A program made the position numbers and the translations under genes. A DNA stretch of 63,823 nt, the filler included, from Octopus bimaculoides (lineage: Eukaryota): the NCBI RefSeq assembly GCF_001194135.2. It is 6 parts of 6 records of this genome, joined end to end, with 100 filler letters (N's around TTAATTAATTAA, not from the genome) between each part and the next. Parts side by side here need not be neighbours in the genome. Positions count along the whole stretch, not along the records: positions 18,895 to 45,690 come from NC_068984.1; positions 45,791 to 57,395 come from NC_068997.1; 4 more parts are not named here. The stretch is one strand, 5' to 3'. Positions within the stretch are counted from its first letter, which is position 1. Each line of letters starts with the position of its first letter. This document shows, piece by piece, positions 39,668-51,841 of the stretch. A model generated the notes under the pieces. That model did not search any database, was not told where the DNA came from, and was given only the letters and a program-made list of their open reading frames with translations.

Positions 39668-41042
39668 TTAAGATGTTGAACTACTGAACATGTGCTTATG
39701 AATGGAAAACTGTAATATCTATAAGGAACATTGTGCTGTACTCCAGAGCAGGGTACATTTATCTGCTTCAGTTTGTGTCACGGACAAAGAGAAAATGAAA
39801 ATGAAAATGAAAAAGAACAAAATAAAATAGAAATAGTTTCCAGATTAATTGGATATCACAAAACATTGCTTTCCTACTCTAGGTAGCATCAGCAGAAACA
39901 CCATTGTTACAGTTGTTACTCCGAGCCCTTGAAAGGAGCTGAACAGAAATTGCAGAATAAGTTGGAAGTCACTAAAAAATAAAACACACAGCAGAAGGAT
40001 TTACTATGTTACCATATAACCTACTAGGATTTTATTTCCCAGCATTGCCTGGGAAATACAACACTAAGTTGTGTTCAGCAAACTGGCTGAGCCTTTTGAA
40101 TATTGGATGGAATAACTAGCCACATTCCTTCTGGCTCTTGGTAAAATAATTTTGTCATTATTAAGCTGGTGCTTGAAACTTAAATTAGCATGAAATTTTG
40201 ATGGAAGATTTGAATTTAGATCGCTTTAAAATAGAATGTCTGTGAACAGATAAAGTGAACTTCAGCATTTCAAACTTGACCCTTTAGTTATCGACCCACC
40301 TGCTGAAGTTCACTTTATCTGTTAAGCTGATTAATAGAGTATCAGTCCAGGAATAATAAAGTAAAAAGAATGTTGTAAGACAATAATATAATTGATTAGA
40401 ACAGACAATAAAAGAAAATAGAAGAAAAACTATATGGCATATTTTATTTTCAACTGCTTTTAAATTTACTGACTCCACCCAGGATCAGAGTAACTCCACT
40501 CAGTAATGTTCTCTTGACCTGTTAATTATAACTACCCTATGAAACCTTATTAAAAATCATCAATTTAGTTTGGCTCTAAATAAACTTAACATATTATCAT
40601 TCAAACAAGATAAAATAGGTGGGTGTAACTTTAAATTAGTGATTTTATAAAACTAATAAAATTTATAGAATTTGTCTCAAAATTCAACTAATAACTCTTC
40701 CCTAGTTAGAACTATTTTAAACCTATTCCTGCTGCTCTGCTAATTTGATGCTTTTACTAGTGGGATTATTTATTATTTATATTTATTTACTTAATTAAAT
40801 TTAATTCAAGTTTTTTCTTATATATTTTATATATAATAATTTGATTTAAATTACTTATTTTATTCACTTTATTAAATTACAAACAGAAATACCCAGCATT
40901 GCTTGGGATTAAAATGGCCTAGTTTCTTATTCTTTTACTTGTTTCAGTCATTTGATTGTGGCCATACTGGAGCACCACCTTTTGTTGAACAGAAAGCAAG
41001 AAAGAAAGAAAGGAACGAACAAACAAAGGAACAAATGAACAA

Positions 41043-41088
<46 letters not shown>

Positions 41089-41229
41089 AAGAATGAAAAA
41101 AGAAGGAAAGAAAAAAGATGGAAGGAGGGAAGGAAGGTAAGAAACAAACAAACAAACAAATAAACAAAGAAGGAAAGAAAGAAAGAAAGAAAGAAAGAAA
41201 GAAGGAAGGAAAGAAGACATAAACTAAAA

Positions 41230-41531
41230 GGGAGAAACTATTACAGAAGGTGAGAGATAATATGTGTAAACAAGAGAAACTGAGAATGAGAAGAAAGAGA
41301 GAATCAGTTGAAAACTGCAGTTTTTAGAGAAAAACTTGTATAAAACACCTTTTTTCTCTAATTCTCACTTTACACAGGAGCTCTGGACAAAAAATTATAG
41401 TGCATGACCATCCTTGGCACATAAGTAATATGTGAGTAACGTTTGGTGAAAATTGGTTGAAAACTGTAGAAGTGCATATGTATTGCACACACAGACACAC
41501 ACACAAACATCTTTTGTTTTATATATATAGA
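41230..41531 (-). mobile_element. Non-autonomous Helitron 5' portion
   Basis: Minus strand begins A|TCTATATATATAAAACAAAAGATGTTTGTGTGTG, a typical Helitron 5' end. The distal boundary is approximate. Confidence 0.55.
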
Positions 41532-41569
41532 TTATTTGTAATAAGTGGGGCAATAATGTTATAATCCAG

Positions 41570-41802
41570 GGTGGTGAGCAGGCAGAATCATAAGCATGCC
41601 GGGCAAAGTGCTTAGCAGTATTTCGTCTACTGTTACGTTCTGAGTTCAAATTATGCCGAGGTCGACTTTGCCTTTCATCCTTTCAGGGTCGCTTAAATAA
41701 GTACCAGTTACACACTGGGGTTGATGTAATCGACTTAGTCCCTTTGTCTGTCCTTGTTTGTCCCCTCTATGTTTAGCCCCTTGTGGGCAATAAAGAAATA
41801 AA
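41570..41802 (+). mobile_element. SINE family B
   Basis: Full head-body-tail homology to the 17941 copy. Confidence 0.85.
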
Positions 41803-41935
41803 TACTGTTATAATCCAGTGGATTCAGACAATTATTGGTTCTGCTTCTCTTTTTTATTAATTTTGAGAGCTTTACTTCAAAACTTCAAAGTAAGTATTTA
41901 ACAGGTTTTATTTTAATTTGCTAGCATTCAATCTA

Positions 41936-42109
41936 GCATAAATTTATATATATGTTTATGACTGGGATACTAATTGAAAGCTTATAACTACCTAACTGGG
42001 TTTAATTTGCATATATGTATCATTATACATATATGCAAATTAAACCCAAGTAAGTAGTTATAAGCCTTCAATTAGTATCCAGGTCATAAACATATATATA
42101 AATTTATGC
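41936..42109. repeat. Fold-back palindrome (about 85-bp arms, 4-nt loop)
   Basis: Arms pair across CATT (42021-42024) with about six mismatches. Confidence 0.85.
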
Positions 42110-42349
42110 AACATAAAGTCACATATAGCCAACCATATGTTACTTCCATTCTTCCATTAATTTATCATGTTCTATTTTTCTTCATCCAGTTAATATTACT
42201 GCCAATGTAATTATAGCTTATTAATGGTTTAATTATTTTCTCACTCATTCTCAACACTAAATTATTTTTGGAGACTTTCTTATATCTCTATAATTTATCT
42301 ATATACTAATTTGCTATATTTTTCCTAATTAACTCTAGTGTATTCATTC

Positions 42350-42960
42350 TATACTCAATTTGAATGAGAAAAGGTGAAGGAATGCTTGGATCTGCTGGGA
42401 GTGTTTGAAGCCAATGATACATTGTTTTTTTCCTTTCTAGTGGCTGAGAACGAAATGTGGTCATATCTTTATGCTCCAGAAATAAAAGCTCATCACACCT
42501 CTTCTTTTAAGACCTAAAAATGTTCAAGAGACAGAAATTGGAACAGAAATTCATAACTGCTTTTTGGAGATGGCTTTTTTTGATATTCTGGAAAATAGCT
42601 GTTACTATGAATAGTGAGTTACATATTAAGACACACAAACAGCTTAGAGGAACCATTAGGCAGAAGAGACCAAGCATGAATCTGAAAACAACCCACATAT
42701 ATCTTAGCAACAAAATCAGGCAGTTGGCAAATTGGGTTGCTCAATAGTCTTCCACCCATTATACAGCATAGATCTGTTGCTCTCATAGTTCCACCTCTTC
42801 ACTACCATGAAGGACAGTCTTCAGAGACAATTTGATGACACAGATGAAGTGAAAGTGGCAGTGAAATAGTTGGTGCAGACAGTGTACATCTGAAATTTTT
42901 CAAAGTGGATTTGAGAGTTAGGTTCAAAACAATGGTGCAAATGTATCAAATAGTATCTTT
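42350..42960 (+). mobile_element. Highly decayed mariner transposase
   Basis: Remnants VAENEMWSYLYAPE (DETW-like), HPLYSIDL (YSPDL) and FDDTDEVKVAV, with many stops. Confidence 0.55.
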
Positions 42961-43082
42961 GTACAAAGGAAAAGTTACTCTACCACCATGTACATTTTCA
43001 ACAACCAATGTCAGTTTATTGAAATGTTATGCCTAACCCTCATATGTTTATGTCTGACTATTGAATTTTAAATAATACTCAC

Positions 43083-43121
43083 ATCAGTTATATCTTTGGG
43101 TTCCTGTGTAGTATCTTTTCC
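43083..43121 (-). CDS. CCDC13: Probable CCDC13 small internal exon (GKDTTQEPKDITD)
   Basis: Acceptor GTTCTTTTCAG, donor GTGAGT, 39 nt, phase 0-0, in frame with the next exon; the peptide itself is too short to identify. Confidence 0.65.
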
Positions 43122-43714
43122 CTGAAAAGAACAACATTTTTGTTACAATAACAGAAAGATTACAACAGCAAAATTCTGATTGAGAAAAATTACAAACTCT
43201 TAAAACACTTATTCATAGTTTTATGTATTTGGTTGTGTCAACAAAACAGAATCACTGATAGGAATTTCTGTAGGTTAAAAATATAGACATCACAAACATC
43301 AATTTCAGATAAAATAAATAAGGAATATCCAACTAAAAGCCTCTGACTATTTCTCTATCACTTATACTTCTGATAGCTCTCTAACTGTAGAGCATTATCT
43401 TGATAAGTACCCCATTTGTTCATAAGATAAGCTGTTTAACTAACATCCAATAGAGTGAAGCAGCCAAATTCAGCACAGTGTTTTTAATAAGACAAAAAAA
43501 AAAAATACCGAGAATATGAGCAAAAGAGAAGGAAAGCACTTGTATTGTATAATATAGTCAGCAACATAGCCACTTGGCAAGCAATTGATATGTGGTTTGA
43601 GTCTAAAATTGCTGCTATTGTTGCTGTTGGTGCCAGCTTTAACAACACCAACACCAACAACAGTGGTAGCAGCAGCATCTACATCAACAGAAACCGAGTC
43701 ACCAACACTTGCAC

Positions 43715-44250
43715 ATGGAGATACACTGGATGTTCCAGTAATATGTTCAAACAGTGCCTCTCCAACCACAGATCCTCCTTCAGGATCCCAGAAAGGAGAT
43801 ACACTATGTCCTTAGCCAGCTATGTATGGCAGCTGAAAAATGATGGAACTCCACATGTAATATCATGGAAAATCCTAGAAAATCTAGGCCCCTATATGAA
43901 TGGGACCAAGCGTTATAAATTGTGCATAGCTGAACAGACAAGGATATTAAAGGACTTCCTCGACCTGGGGAACATCCTTAACTCCAGGACAGAGGTCTTT
44001 AGACCTTGCTTGCACTTCAGGAAATTCCTGCTGGCATCCTGGGATCCACACACCAACATAGTCAATTAATGGTGGTCAAAGGGAAACAATCGCTTGTTGA
44101 CAGTAATGAAGTCTTTTCCTCTTCCATTTGCTAGAGAGGCCACTTGCTAGGGAGGTCATAGGCCAAGGGGTTTTAGGGTCTGAAGAAACACAGTAAGGCT
44201 AAGCACTTTGTGGACATGAAACCCAAGGTAACACCATAGACCAGCCATAT
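43715..44250 (+). mobile_element. Penelope-like element 3' end: GIY-YIG endonuclease C-half plus 3' region
   Basis: RYTGCSSNMFKQCLSNHRSSF...SLASYVWQLK...ISWKIL...KLCIAE...LNSRTEVFRPCLHFRKF, then a stop at 44069. Confidence 0.8.
44176..44235 (+). ncRNA. Degenerate type-I hammerhead-like motif
   Basis: GGGT-CTGAAGA-[31 nt, weak stem II]-GAAA-CC-CAA-GG-TA-ACACC, about 110 nt downstream of the PLE stop codon. Confidence 0.35.
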
Positions 44251-44432
44251 CTATCTTTATCTATATATATATATTTGTTTTGCAAGATTTTTGATGTGAA
44301 ATCGTGTGTTGAAACAGATGTTGTTGTACTTGGGGGTGGTCATATTGCCAGTTTAGCCAATAAAAACACACGCACTGTATATTTGGTGTTAATTTGCTTC
44401 AGCTTTATATTACATTAATCTTAATCTTATTT

Positions 44433-44478
44433 CGGTCAGAGTTCTTTCGTCACACTTCTGTGACCTCATCAGTGGTCC
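44433..44478 (-). ncRNA. Minimal hammerhead ribozyme motif (Penelope/retrozyme type), probably mutated
   Basis: Minus strand GGACCA-CUGAUGA-G-GUCAC-AGAAGU-GUGAC-GAAA-GAAC-UC-UGACC: intact core and 5-bp stem II; stem I imperfect. Confidence 0.6.
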
Positions 44479-45174
44479 TTTGTTTCCTTCTTTCTTATGT
44501 GTGTCTCACCTTGCTAACTATCAGCCATTTTGTATTTTGTATTCCTATTGTATGTGTCTACGCATGCGTGTCCTTCAATGTGTCTGTGTCTTTTGTAAGT
44601 GCATGTGTGTATGGGGAGTGTCTGTNNNNNNNNNNNNNNNNNNNNNNNNNNNNNNNNNNNNNNNNNNNNNNNNNNNNNNNNNNNNNNNNNNNNNNNNNNN
44701 NNNNNNNNNNNNNNNNNNNNNNNNNNNNNNNNNNNNNNNNNNNNNNNNNNNNNNNNNNNNNNNNNNNNNNNNNNNNNNNNNNNNNNNNNNNNNNNNNNNN
44801 NNNNNNNNNNNNNNNNNNNNNNNNNNNNNNNNNNNNNNNNNNNNNNNNNNNNNNNNNNNNNNNNNNNNNNNNNNNNNNNNNNNNNNNNNNNNNNNNNNNN
44901 NNNNNNNNNNNNNNNNNNNNNNNNNNNNNNNNNNNNNNNNNNNNNNNNNNNNNNNNNNNNNNNNNNNNNNNNNNNNNNNNNNNNNNNNNNNNNNNNNNNN
45001 NNNNNNNNNNNNNNNNNNNNNNNNNNNNNNNNNNNNNNNNNNNNNNNNNNTCATTGTCTTATTTCTGCATCGTCCCTCTGTTTATCTTATACTATAGACC
45101 ACATTTCTGGTTTTGCAGTTCGTTTGTGGGCTAAATCTACATACGATACAGTTCCTATCAGTGCAGGGGGTTCT

Positions 45175-45690
45175 ACTGATGTCACCTGATGTCTGTGACA
45201 GCACGGAAGATCTCCTCAGTAGGATCAACGACTGCAACACTTGCAACCTGACAGGGTGTATAGTGGTAGCATGGATGTGGTATCACTATACCCATCTATC
45301 GACGTGGATTTTGCAGTGGAAAAGTGCGTGGAGATGATCAACGAGAGCGAAGTAGAGTTCCAAAAAGNNNNNNNNNNCGTGGAGATGATCAACGAGAGCG
45401 AAGTAGAGTTCCAAAAAGTCAACACAGAAGAACTGGGCCTCCTACTTAGATTGACATATGACGATGTATATCTAGATAGATGCAACCTTAGAAATTTCTG
45501 CCCTAGTAGACGTCTAAGAGGTAGACCACCCACAATTACCTCTATGGCTAGGAAGACCCCTATAGAGAGATGGAGTGGATGGACCAGAGCCATACGGACC
45601 CCCACTAATATCCACCAGGTAAAGAAAATGATCGCACATGCACTAGGAGCTAGTATAAAGGTCACCCTAAAAGGCCACACCTTTAAATTT
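45175..45690 (+). mobile_element. Penelope-like reverse transcriptase fragment
   Basis: DSTEDLL...SMDVVSLYPSID...RGRPPTIT...KGHTFKF; SMDVxSLYPSI is a PLE RT motif. Truncated by a scaffold join. Confidence 0.75.
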
Positions 45691-47044
45691 NNNNNNNNNN
45701 NNNNNNNNNNNNNNNNNNNNNNNNNNNNNNNNNNTTAATTAATTAANNNNNNNNNNNNNNNNNNNNNNNNNNNNNNNNNNNNNNNNNNNNTATATATATA
45801 TATATATATATATGATATCTATGTATATAAATGCATACATACACACACACACATTTTATATACATGCACACACGCATACACACATACACACACACACGCA
45901 TCCACCCTACACTCACACACACATATATACATACATATATATGTATGTGTGTGTGTGTGTGTGTATTTACTCGACGCCATATCACCCCCACCGCACACAT
46001 TCACACACACACACACTGATATCCATCACCATCTTTTTGCCCGACACAAAAAAATCCTTTATCTTTCTTTCGTCTCTCCCCACTCTCTTTTCTCCCTACT
46101 TTTTATTCTATACATTGTTGTTGTTGTCTCCCTTTATCTCTGCTAGTCGACATTTTGTAATAGTTACATCTTATTACATTCAATTAGATATATCTATACG
46201 TGGCTCCCGCTTGTCTTTCATGTTGGTTCTTTATCAAATGTTAAATTCTTTCCATTATTTAAAGTTATTTTTCTAATGTTTAGCTTTTCGCTATTGTTAC
46301 GCTCATTGATATCTGTAATTTTTGTTGGTTCTATCTAACTCCTTGTTGAACCTAGATTACATAGTAAAAAGCCATCTTTGATTAAAAGCATTCCCAGCTG
46401 TGACCATCCTAACTTTTTAATTTGTTTCTAAAGCTGTATCGGAAGGAGTACATTTCCTTATTTAACGTAAAGACGCTATGGCGTTTGTAATATTCCGGCG
46501 AAATGCTTAGCGNNNNNNNNNNNNNNNNNNNNNNNNNNNNNNNNNNNNNNNNNNNNNNNNNNNNNNNNNNNNNNNNNNNNNNNNNNNNNNNNNNNNNNNN
46601 NNNNNNNNNNNNNNNNNNNNNNNNNNNNNNNNNNNNNNNNNNNNNNNNNNNNNNNNNNNNNNNNNNNNNNNNNNNNNNNNNNNNNNNNNNNNNNNNNNNN
46701 NNNNNNNNNNNNNNNNNNNNNNNNNNNNNNNNNNNNNNNNNNNNNNNNNNNNNNNNNNNNNNNNNNNNNNNNNNNNNNNNNNNNNNNNNNNNNNNNNNNN
46801 NNNNNNNNNNNNNNNNNNNNNNNNNNNNNNNNNNNNNNNNNNNNNNNNNNNNNNNNNNNNNNNNNNNNNNNNNNNNNNNNNNNNNNNNNNNNNNNNNNNN
46901 NNNNNNNNNNNNNNNNNNNNNNNNNNNNNNNNNNNNNNNNNNNNNNNNNNNNNNNNNNNNNNNNNNNNNNNNNNNNNNNNNNNNNNNNNNNNNNNNNNNN
47001 NNNNATATGTATATATATATATGTATATATATAAATATCAGAAC

Positions 47045-47232
47045 GGAGAGTTGGCAGAATCGTTAGCGCGCCAGGCAAAAAGTTTGTCCGTTTTTACGTT
47101 TTAAGTTCAAATCCCGCCGAGGTTGAATTTGTCTTTCATCTTTTCGGTGTGGATAAAATAAGTACCACTTGAGCACTGGGATCCATATACTCCACTTAAC
47201 ACCCTCCCCAAAATACCTGGCCATGTGCCAAA
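47045..47232 (+). mobile_element. SINE family B
   Basis: Head and body homology, CpG largely retained. Confidence 0.75.
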
Positions 47233-48138
47233 AATTTTTTTTAAATATCTCTCTCTCACCTTTCTGCCTTCCTCCCATCTCTTCTGTCTCACGTTCTTTA
47301 TCTACACGTGTATATCTCTGCGCTTGCGCACACACCAGCGCCAAAATGTACTGTTGTGTGCGTCAAAAAGAGCTTCGCCATATCGCTTCATTCTCTGGAA
47401 TTGATCTTTACCAAATACATTCATTTAAGCTTTGTTCTGTAATAGAAAGACTTACGTTAGTCTATATACATGTTTCTCGTATGACGCCCTTAGTCATAAC
47501 GAACGCTATTGCAAATTTATTCATGTAATGGTTTGATTATTACCAAGATAACAAGATATGAACCTAGTCCTCTTTTGTTTTGCTCCAAAAGACATTTTAC
47601 ACGTTGTCAAGGATTGGTTTACATTATATAATGAATTTCAATTCTTTTACAATCTGTAATGAATAATACTTCTTTGTTAAACTTATGTCTCTGATGGTCG
47701 CCAATGTTTGGTTTTTCAGTTACTGAAATATAATACAACTTTTGTTAATATGTAGTTGATTAATTTGATGTGATTGCTATCGTAGTTGATATATGTTGGT
47801 ATGAGGTCGTACGGATTTCTGTGTAGTGGTATGGAAATGGATATATTTCAAAAATTTAAGAAAACCACAGCAGACGGAAATATTACAAAGTATAACAAAC
47901 AGAAAATTCGTAGCTTATTCTTCATCAGTCAGCGCCCAAAAGCAAAAGATCATTACATTTTTGCACCTTTAACGTTGATGTTGTTTACTCTTGGTGGCAC
48001 CAGTGGATAAAAAGCCACTGAGAATAGCTAACGAATGTACAGCACAATGACGAAAACAAACACGGCAAAATAAAACGTACATATACAACAAAAATTCGTG
48101 CAACCGAAAAACAGACCGGCATGGTGTAACGCAAAGGA

Positions 48139-48189
<51 letters not shown>

Positions 48190-48742
48190 NNNNNNNNNNN
48201 NNNNNNNNNNNNNNNNNNNNNNNNNNNNNNNNNNNNNNNNNNNNNNNNNNNNNNNNNNNNNNNNNNNNNNNNNNNNNNNNNNNNNNNNNNNNNNNNNNNN
48301 NNNNNNNNNNNNNNNNNNNNNNNNNNNNNNNNNNNNNNNNNNNNNNNNNNNNNNNNNNNNNNNNNNNNNNNNNNNNNNNNNNNNNNNNNNNNNNNNNNNN
48401 NNNNNNNNNNNNNNNNNNNNNNNNNNNNNNNNNNNNNNNNNNNNNNNNNNNNNNNNNNNNNNNNNNNNNNNNNNNNNNNNNNNNNNNNNNNNNNNNNNNN
48501 NNNNNNNNNNNNNNNNNNNNNNNNNNNNNNNNNNNNNNNNNNNNNNNNNNNNNNNNNNNNNNNNNNNNNNNNNNNNNNNNNNNNNNNNNNNNNNNNNNNN
48601 NNNNNNNNNNNNNNNNNNNNNNNNNNNNNNNNNNNNNNNNNNNNNNNNNNNNNNNNNNNNNNNNNNNNNNNNNNNNNNNNNNNNNNNNNNNNNNNNNNNN
48701 NNNNNNNNNNNNNNNNNNNNNNNNNNNNNNNNNNNNNNNNNN

Positions 48743-48793
<51 letters not shown>

Positions 48794-49582
48794 ATATAGA
48801 TATTTGTATGTATGTATATTTTTTCTCATACAGATAGATACATACATAGATACATAGGAAGATCGATAGACGCACGCGCTTACGCACACATGCGCACACG
48901 CACGCACACATGCACACTCACATGTATGCATATAAGTATATATATATACATATATATACATATATTCGCGTGTGTGTCTGTAGAAAGTCCGTAGAGAGCG
49001 ACAGAGTACAATTACAACTGTTATGGAGTGGAGAAACTCAAATCACTGAATGGATCTCCGACATAATTTTTTTTCCGGTTCAGATTCATTTTCTCATCAG
49101 ACATACTGATGCCAACAAAGGATTTTACTGGCTCCACCATCCCATCATTTCTTTAAAACCAAGGCAGAACCAATGTATTACAATTTTCATCTGTTTACAT
49201 ACGCTATTTATATCGATTGATGAGGAATTTCCTTTTACCGAGCTTTCGCTTTACTTTCATTACATTTTCTGTTTATTTTGTTAATAACCTTAATCGTTCT
49301 ATTCATAAATAGAACAAACTCCCCAAACGAAAAAAAAATACGGTCTCTTTTGTGGAATTGTCTGCTTGTTTTCTGAGTTTGTCCGGAACTTGAGCCATTT
49401 TCCATGTACATCCTCTTATATATCTGTTCCCACTTGTCACTCTTAGTCAATAACTCTCTCCCTCTCTCTGTCACTTTCTCTCTCTTTCTTTCCCTCTCTC
49501 TCCTTCCCTCTCTCTACTTCTCTCTCTCTCCATCCCTCTCTCTCCTTCCCTCTCTCTCCTTCCCCCCTCTCTCTCTCTCTTA

Positions 49583-49807
49583 TTTCTTTATTGTCCACAA
49601 GGTGCTAAACACAAAGGAGACAAACAAGGACAGACAAAAAGGTTAAGTCGATTACATCGACCCCAGTGCGTAACTGGTACTTAATTTATCGACCCCGAAA
49701 GGATGAAAGGCAAAGTCGACCTCGGCGGAATTTGAACTCAGAACGTAAAGACAGACGAAATACCGCTAAGCATTTCGCCCGGCGTGCTAACGTTTCTGCC
49801 AGCTCGC
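49583..49807 (-). mobile_element. SINE family B, near-consensus copy
   Basis: Full length, CpGs intact (GTCGATTACATCGACCCC, GTCGACCTCGGCGG). Confidence 0.9.
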
Positions 49808-50272
49808 TGTTTTCGAAGTGTCTTAATAATAACCCTGTTCACACACACACGCGCACACACAGAGACACACACACATGCACACAAATAAACACACACACAA
49901 CACAACACAACACACCCACTCATGCACAAGCCCTTAACATACGCTTACTCTTACACATGTGTACGTGTGTCTGGCTCGAACAGGCAATGTTAACTAAGAC
50001 CAACGGCAGATTATTTTGAAGGTTACACAAGGAATATTCGGTTTGATATATTTGTTTCCAAACGTGACCTTCACACGGGCAATTGTCAATGAATAAAAAC
50101 AAAATAAACAACGAAAAGGCGATAAGGGGAGGAGGATTCGAGTGTAAATTGAAATAACACCTTAAAGGTGGACTTTGCATGTGCATATACACACAGGCAA
50201 GCACATGTGTACTTGTATATATGAATATATGTATATACATATGTATATATATACATATCTGTCTTGGCATGT

Positions 50273-50316
<44 letters not shown>

Positions 50317-50380
50317 GTCTATCTATCTATCTATCTATCTATCTATCAATCTACCTACCTATCTACCTACCTGTCAGTTT

Positions 50381-50488
50381 GTCTGACTGTCTATCTGGCT
50401 CACTGCCTGTCTGTCTGTCTGACTGTCTATCTGGCTCACTGCCTGTCTGTCTGTCTGACTGTCTATCTGGCTCACTGCCTGTCTGTCT
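50381..50488 (+). repeat. 36-bp tandem repeat, three copies
   Basis: GTCTGACTGTCTATCTGGCTCACTGCCTGTCTGTCT x3, adjoining (CTAT)n/(CTAC)n. Confidence 0.85.
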
Positions 50489-51615
50489 GTGTACCTCACT
50501 CTTTATTTTTTTTTCAGTCCTTGCTATTGGAGATACGATCGGAAAATTGCAGTGCTGATGAGGGCTATCGAATCCGGAATNNNNNNNNNNNNNNNNNNNN
50601 NNNNNNNNNNNNNNNNNNNNNNNNNNNNNNNNNNNNNNNNNNNNNNNNNNNNNNNNNNNNNNNNNNNNNNNNNNNNNNNNNNNNNNNNNNNNNNNNNNNN
50701 NNNNNNNNNNNNNNNNNNNNNNNNNNNNNNNNNNNNNNNNNNNNNNGTGTTTGTGTGTAGATCATCAGGTTTGTTTGATGGGATCGTATCTGAGTCAAGA
50801 TCAACTTATGTGAATGTAATTTGAATTTAAGTCTTTTTTTTTTTTTTAAACATAAGCGATGAACAGGATAAAATATCTTTTGAAAATTATATGAATTTAT
50901 ATGTAGTTATTGAAACTAATTAATATGTCATTAATATATATTAATAGAACGTAGTTATAGCAATTAATTCAATTTTAATATATTTTCTCCTTTCTTTTTG
51001 TTAACATATTAATATATATTTGAAATATATATTTGAAATATATATTTATTGTATGACTGATTTATAGCAAGGAAATCGTAGCTCTCATATAGCAATTAAA
51101 TGAGAGCGTTATAAATGGACTGCTATGTGCCTTTGGGTATCACAAAGTTAATGTAGAGCGGTTTTATTGGTAACGGCCTTTCATGTGTTTCCTTGATATG
51201 CTTGAAATAGCAGCTAATTCTTTTCAACATAGCATAACTTCCTTCCTTGCTTGCATCAATCATGATGTCGAAAGACTCCTGGGAACTTCTCCAGCCTTTA
51301 CCAATTATGTCGATGAACACATAGGTACTTCTGCATTGCTTTCCTTTGTGTATGTTTCACAAGATACCATGGGCGTTGCTCTGATGAACGGTCTGGTCTA
51401 GTCTGGTCTGGTCTGGTCTGGTCTGGTACCCTTTGTCAAGATCTTTGAACGTGTCACCTGTTCCTCTTCTCAGGCTCCTGGTTTCTCCGTAGAGTCTCCC
51501 ATTAATCATAATTCCTTTTATTCTAAGAGCTTCGTTCTTTACTATGCTGCTCTCTTGAAATCATTACCATCATCTTATTTTCCTTCGAACTATGGCTTCA
51601 GGCCCTTAACGTTTC

Positions 51616-51841
51616 TTATTTCTTTATTGCCCACAAGAGGCTAAACATAGAGGGGATAAACAAGGACAGACAAAAGGATTAAGTCGATTACATCGATCCC
51701 AGTGCGTGACTGGTACTTAATTTATCGATCCCGAAAGGATGAAAGGCAAGGTCGACCTCGGCGGAATTTGAACTCAGAACGTAACGGCAGACGAAATACC
51801 GCTAAGCATTTCGCCCGGCGTGCTAACGTTTCTGCCAGCTC
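51616..51841 (-). mobile_element. SINE family B, near-consensus copy
   Basis: Nearly identical to 49583-49807. Confidence 0.9.

Noticed and set aside
45329-45417. Exact ~40-bp direct duplication inside the Penelope RT
   Set aside because: The two copies flank a 10-N gap, typical of an unmerged contig overlap.
50381-50488. 36-bp repeat as a CRISPR-like array
   Set aside because: Repeats are contiguous with no spacers, derive from tetranucleotide microsatellite, and the context is eukaryotic.
50549-50580. CTGATGAG...GGAA hammerhead-like motif; similar partial motifs near 7833, 47920 and 49215
   Set aside because: No convincing stem II or GAAA spacing, and the 50549 case is cut by a gap.
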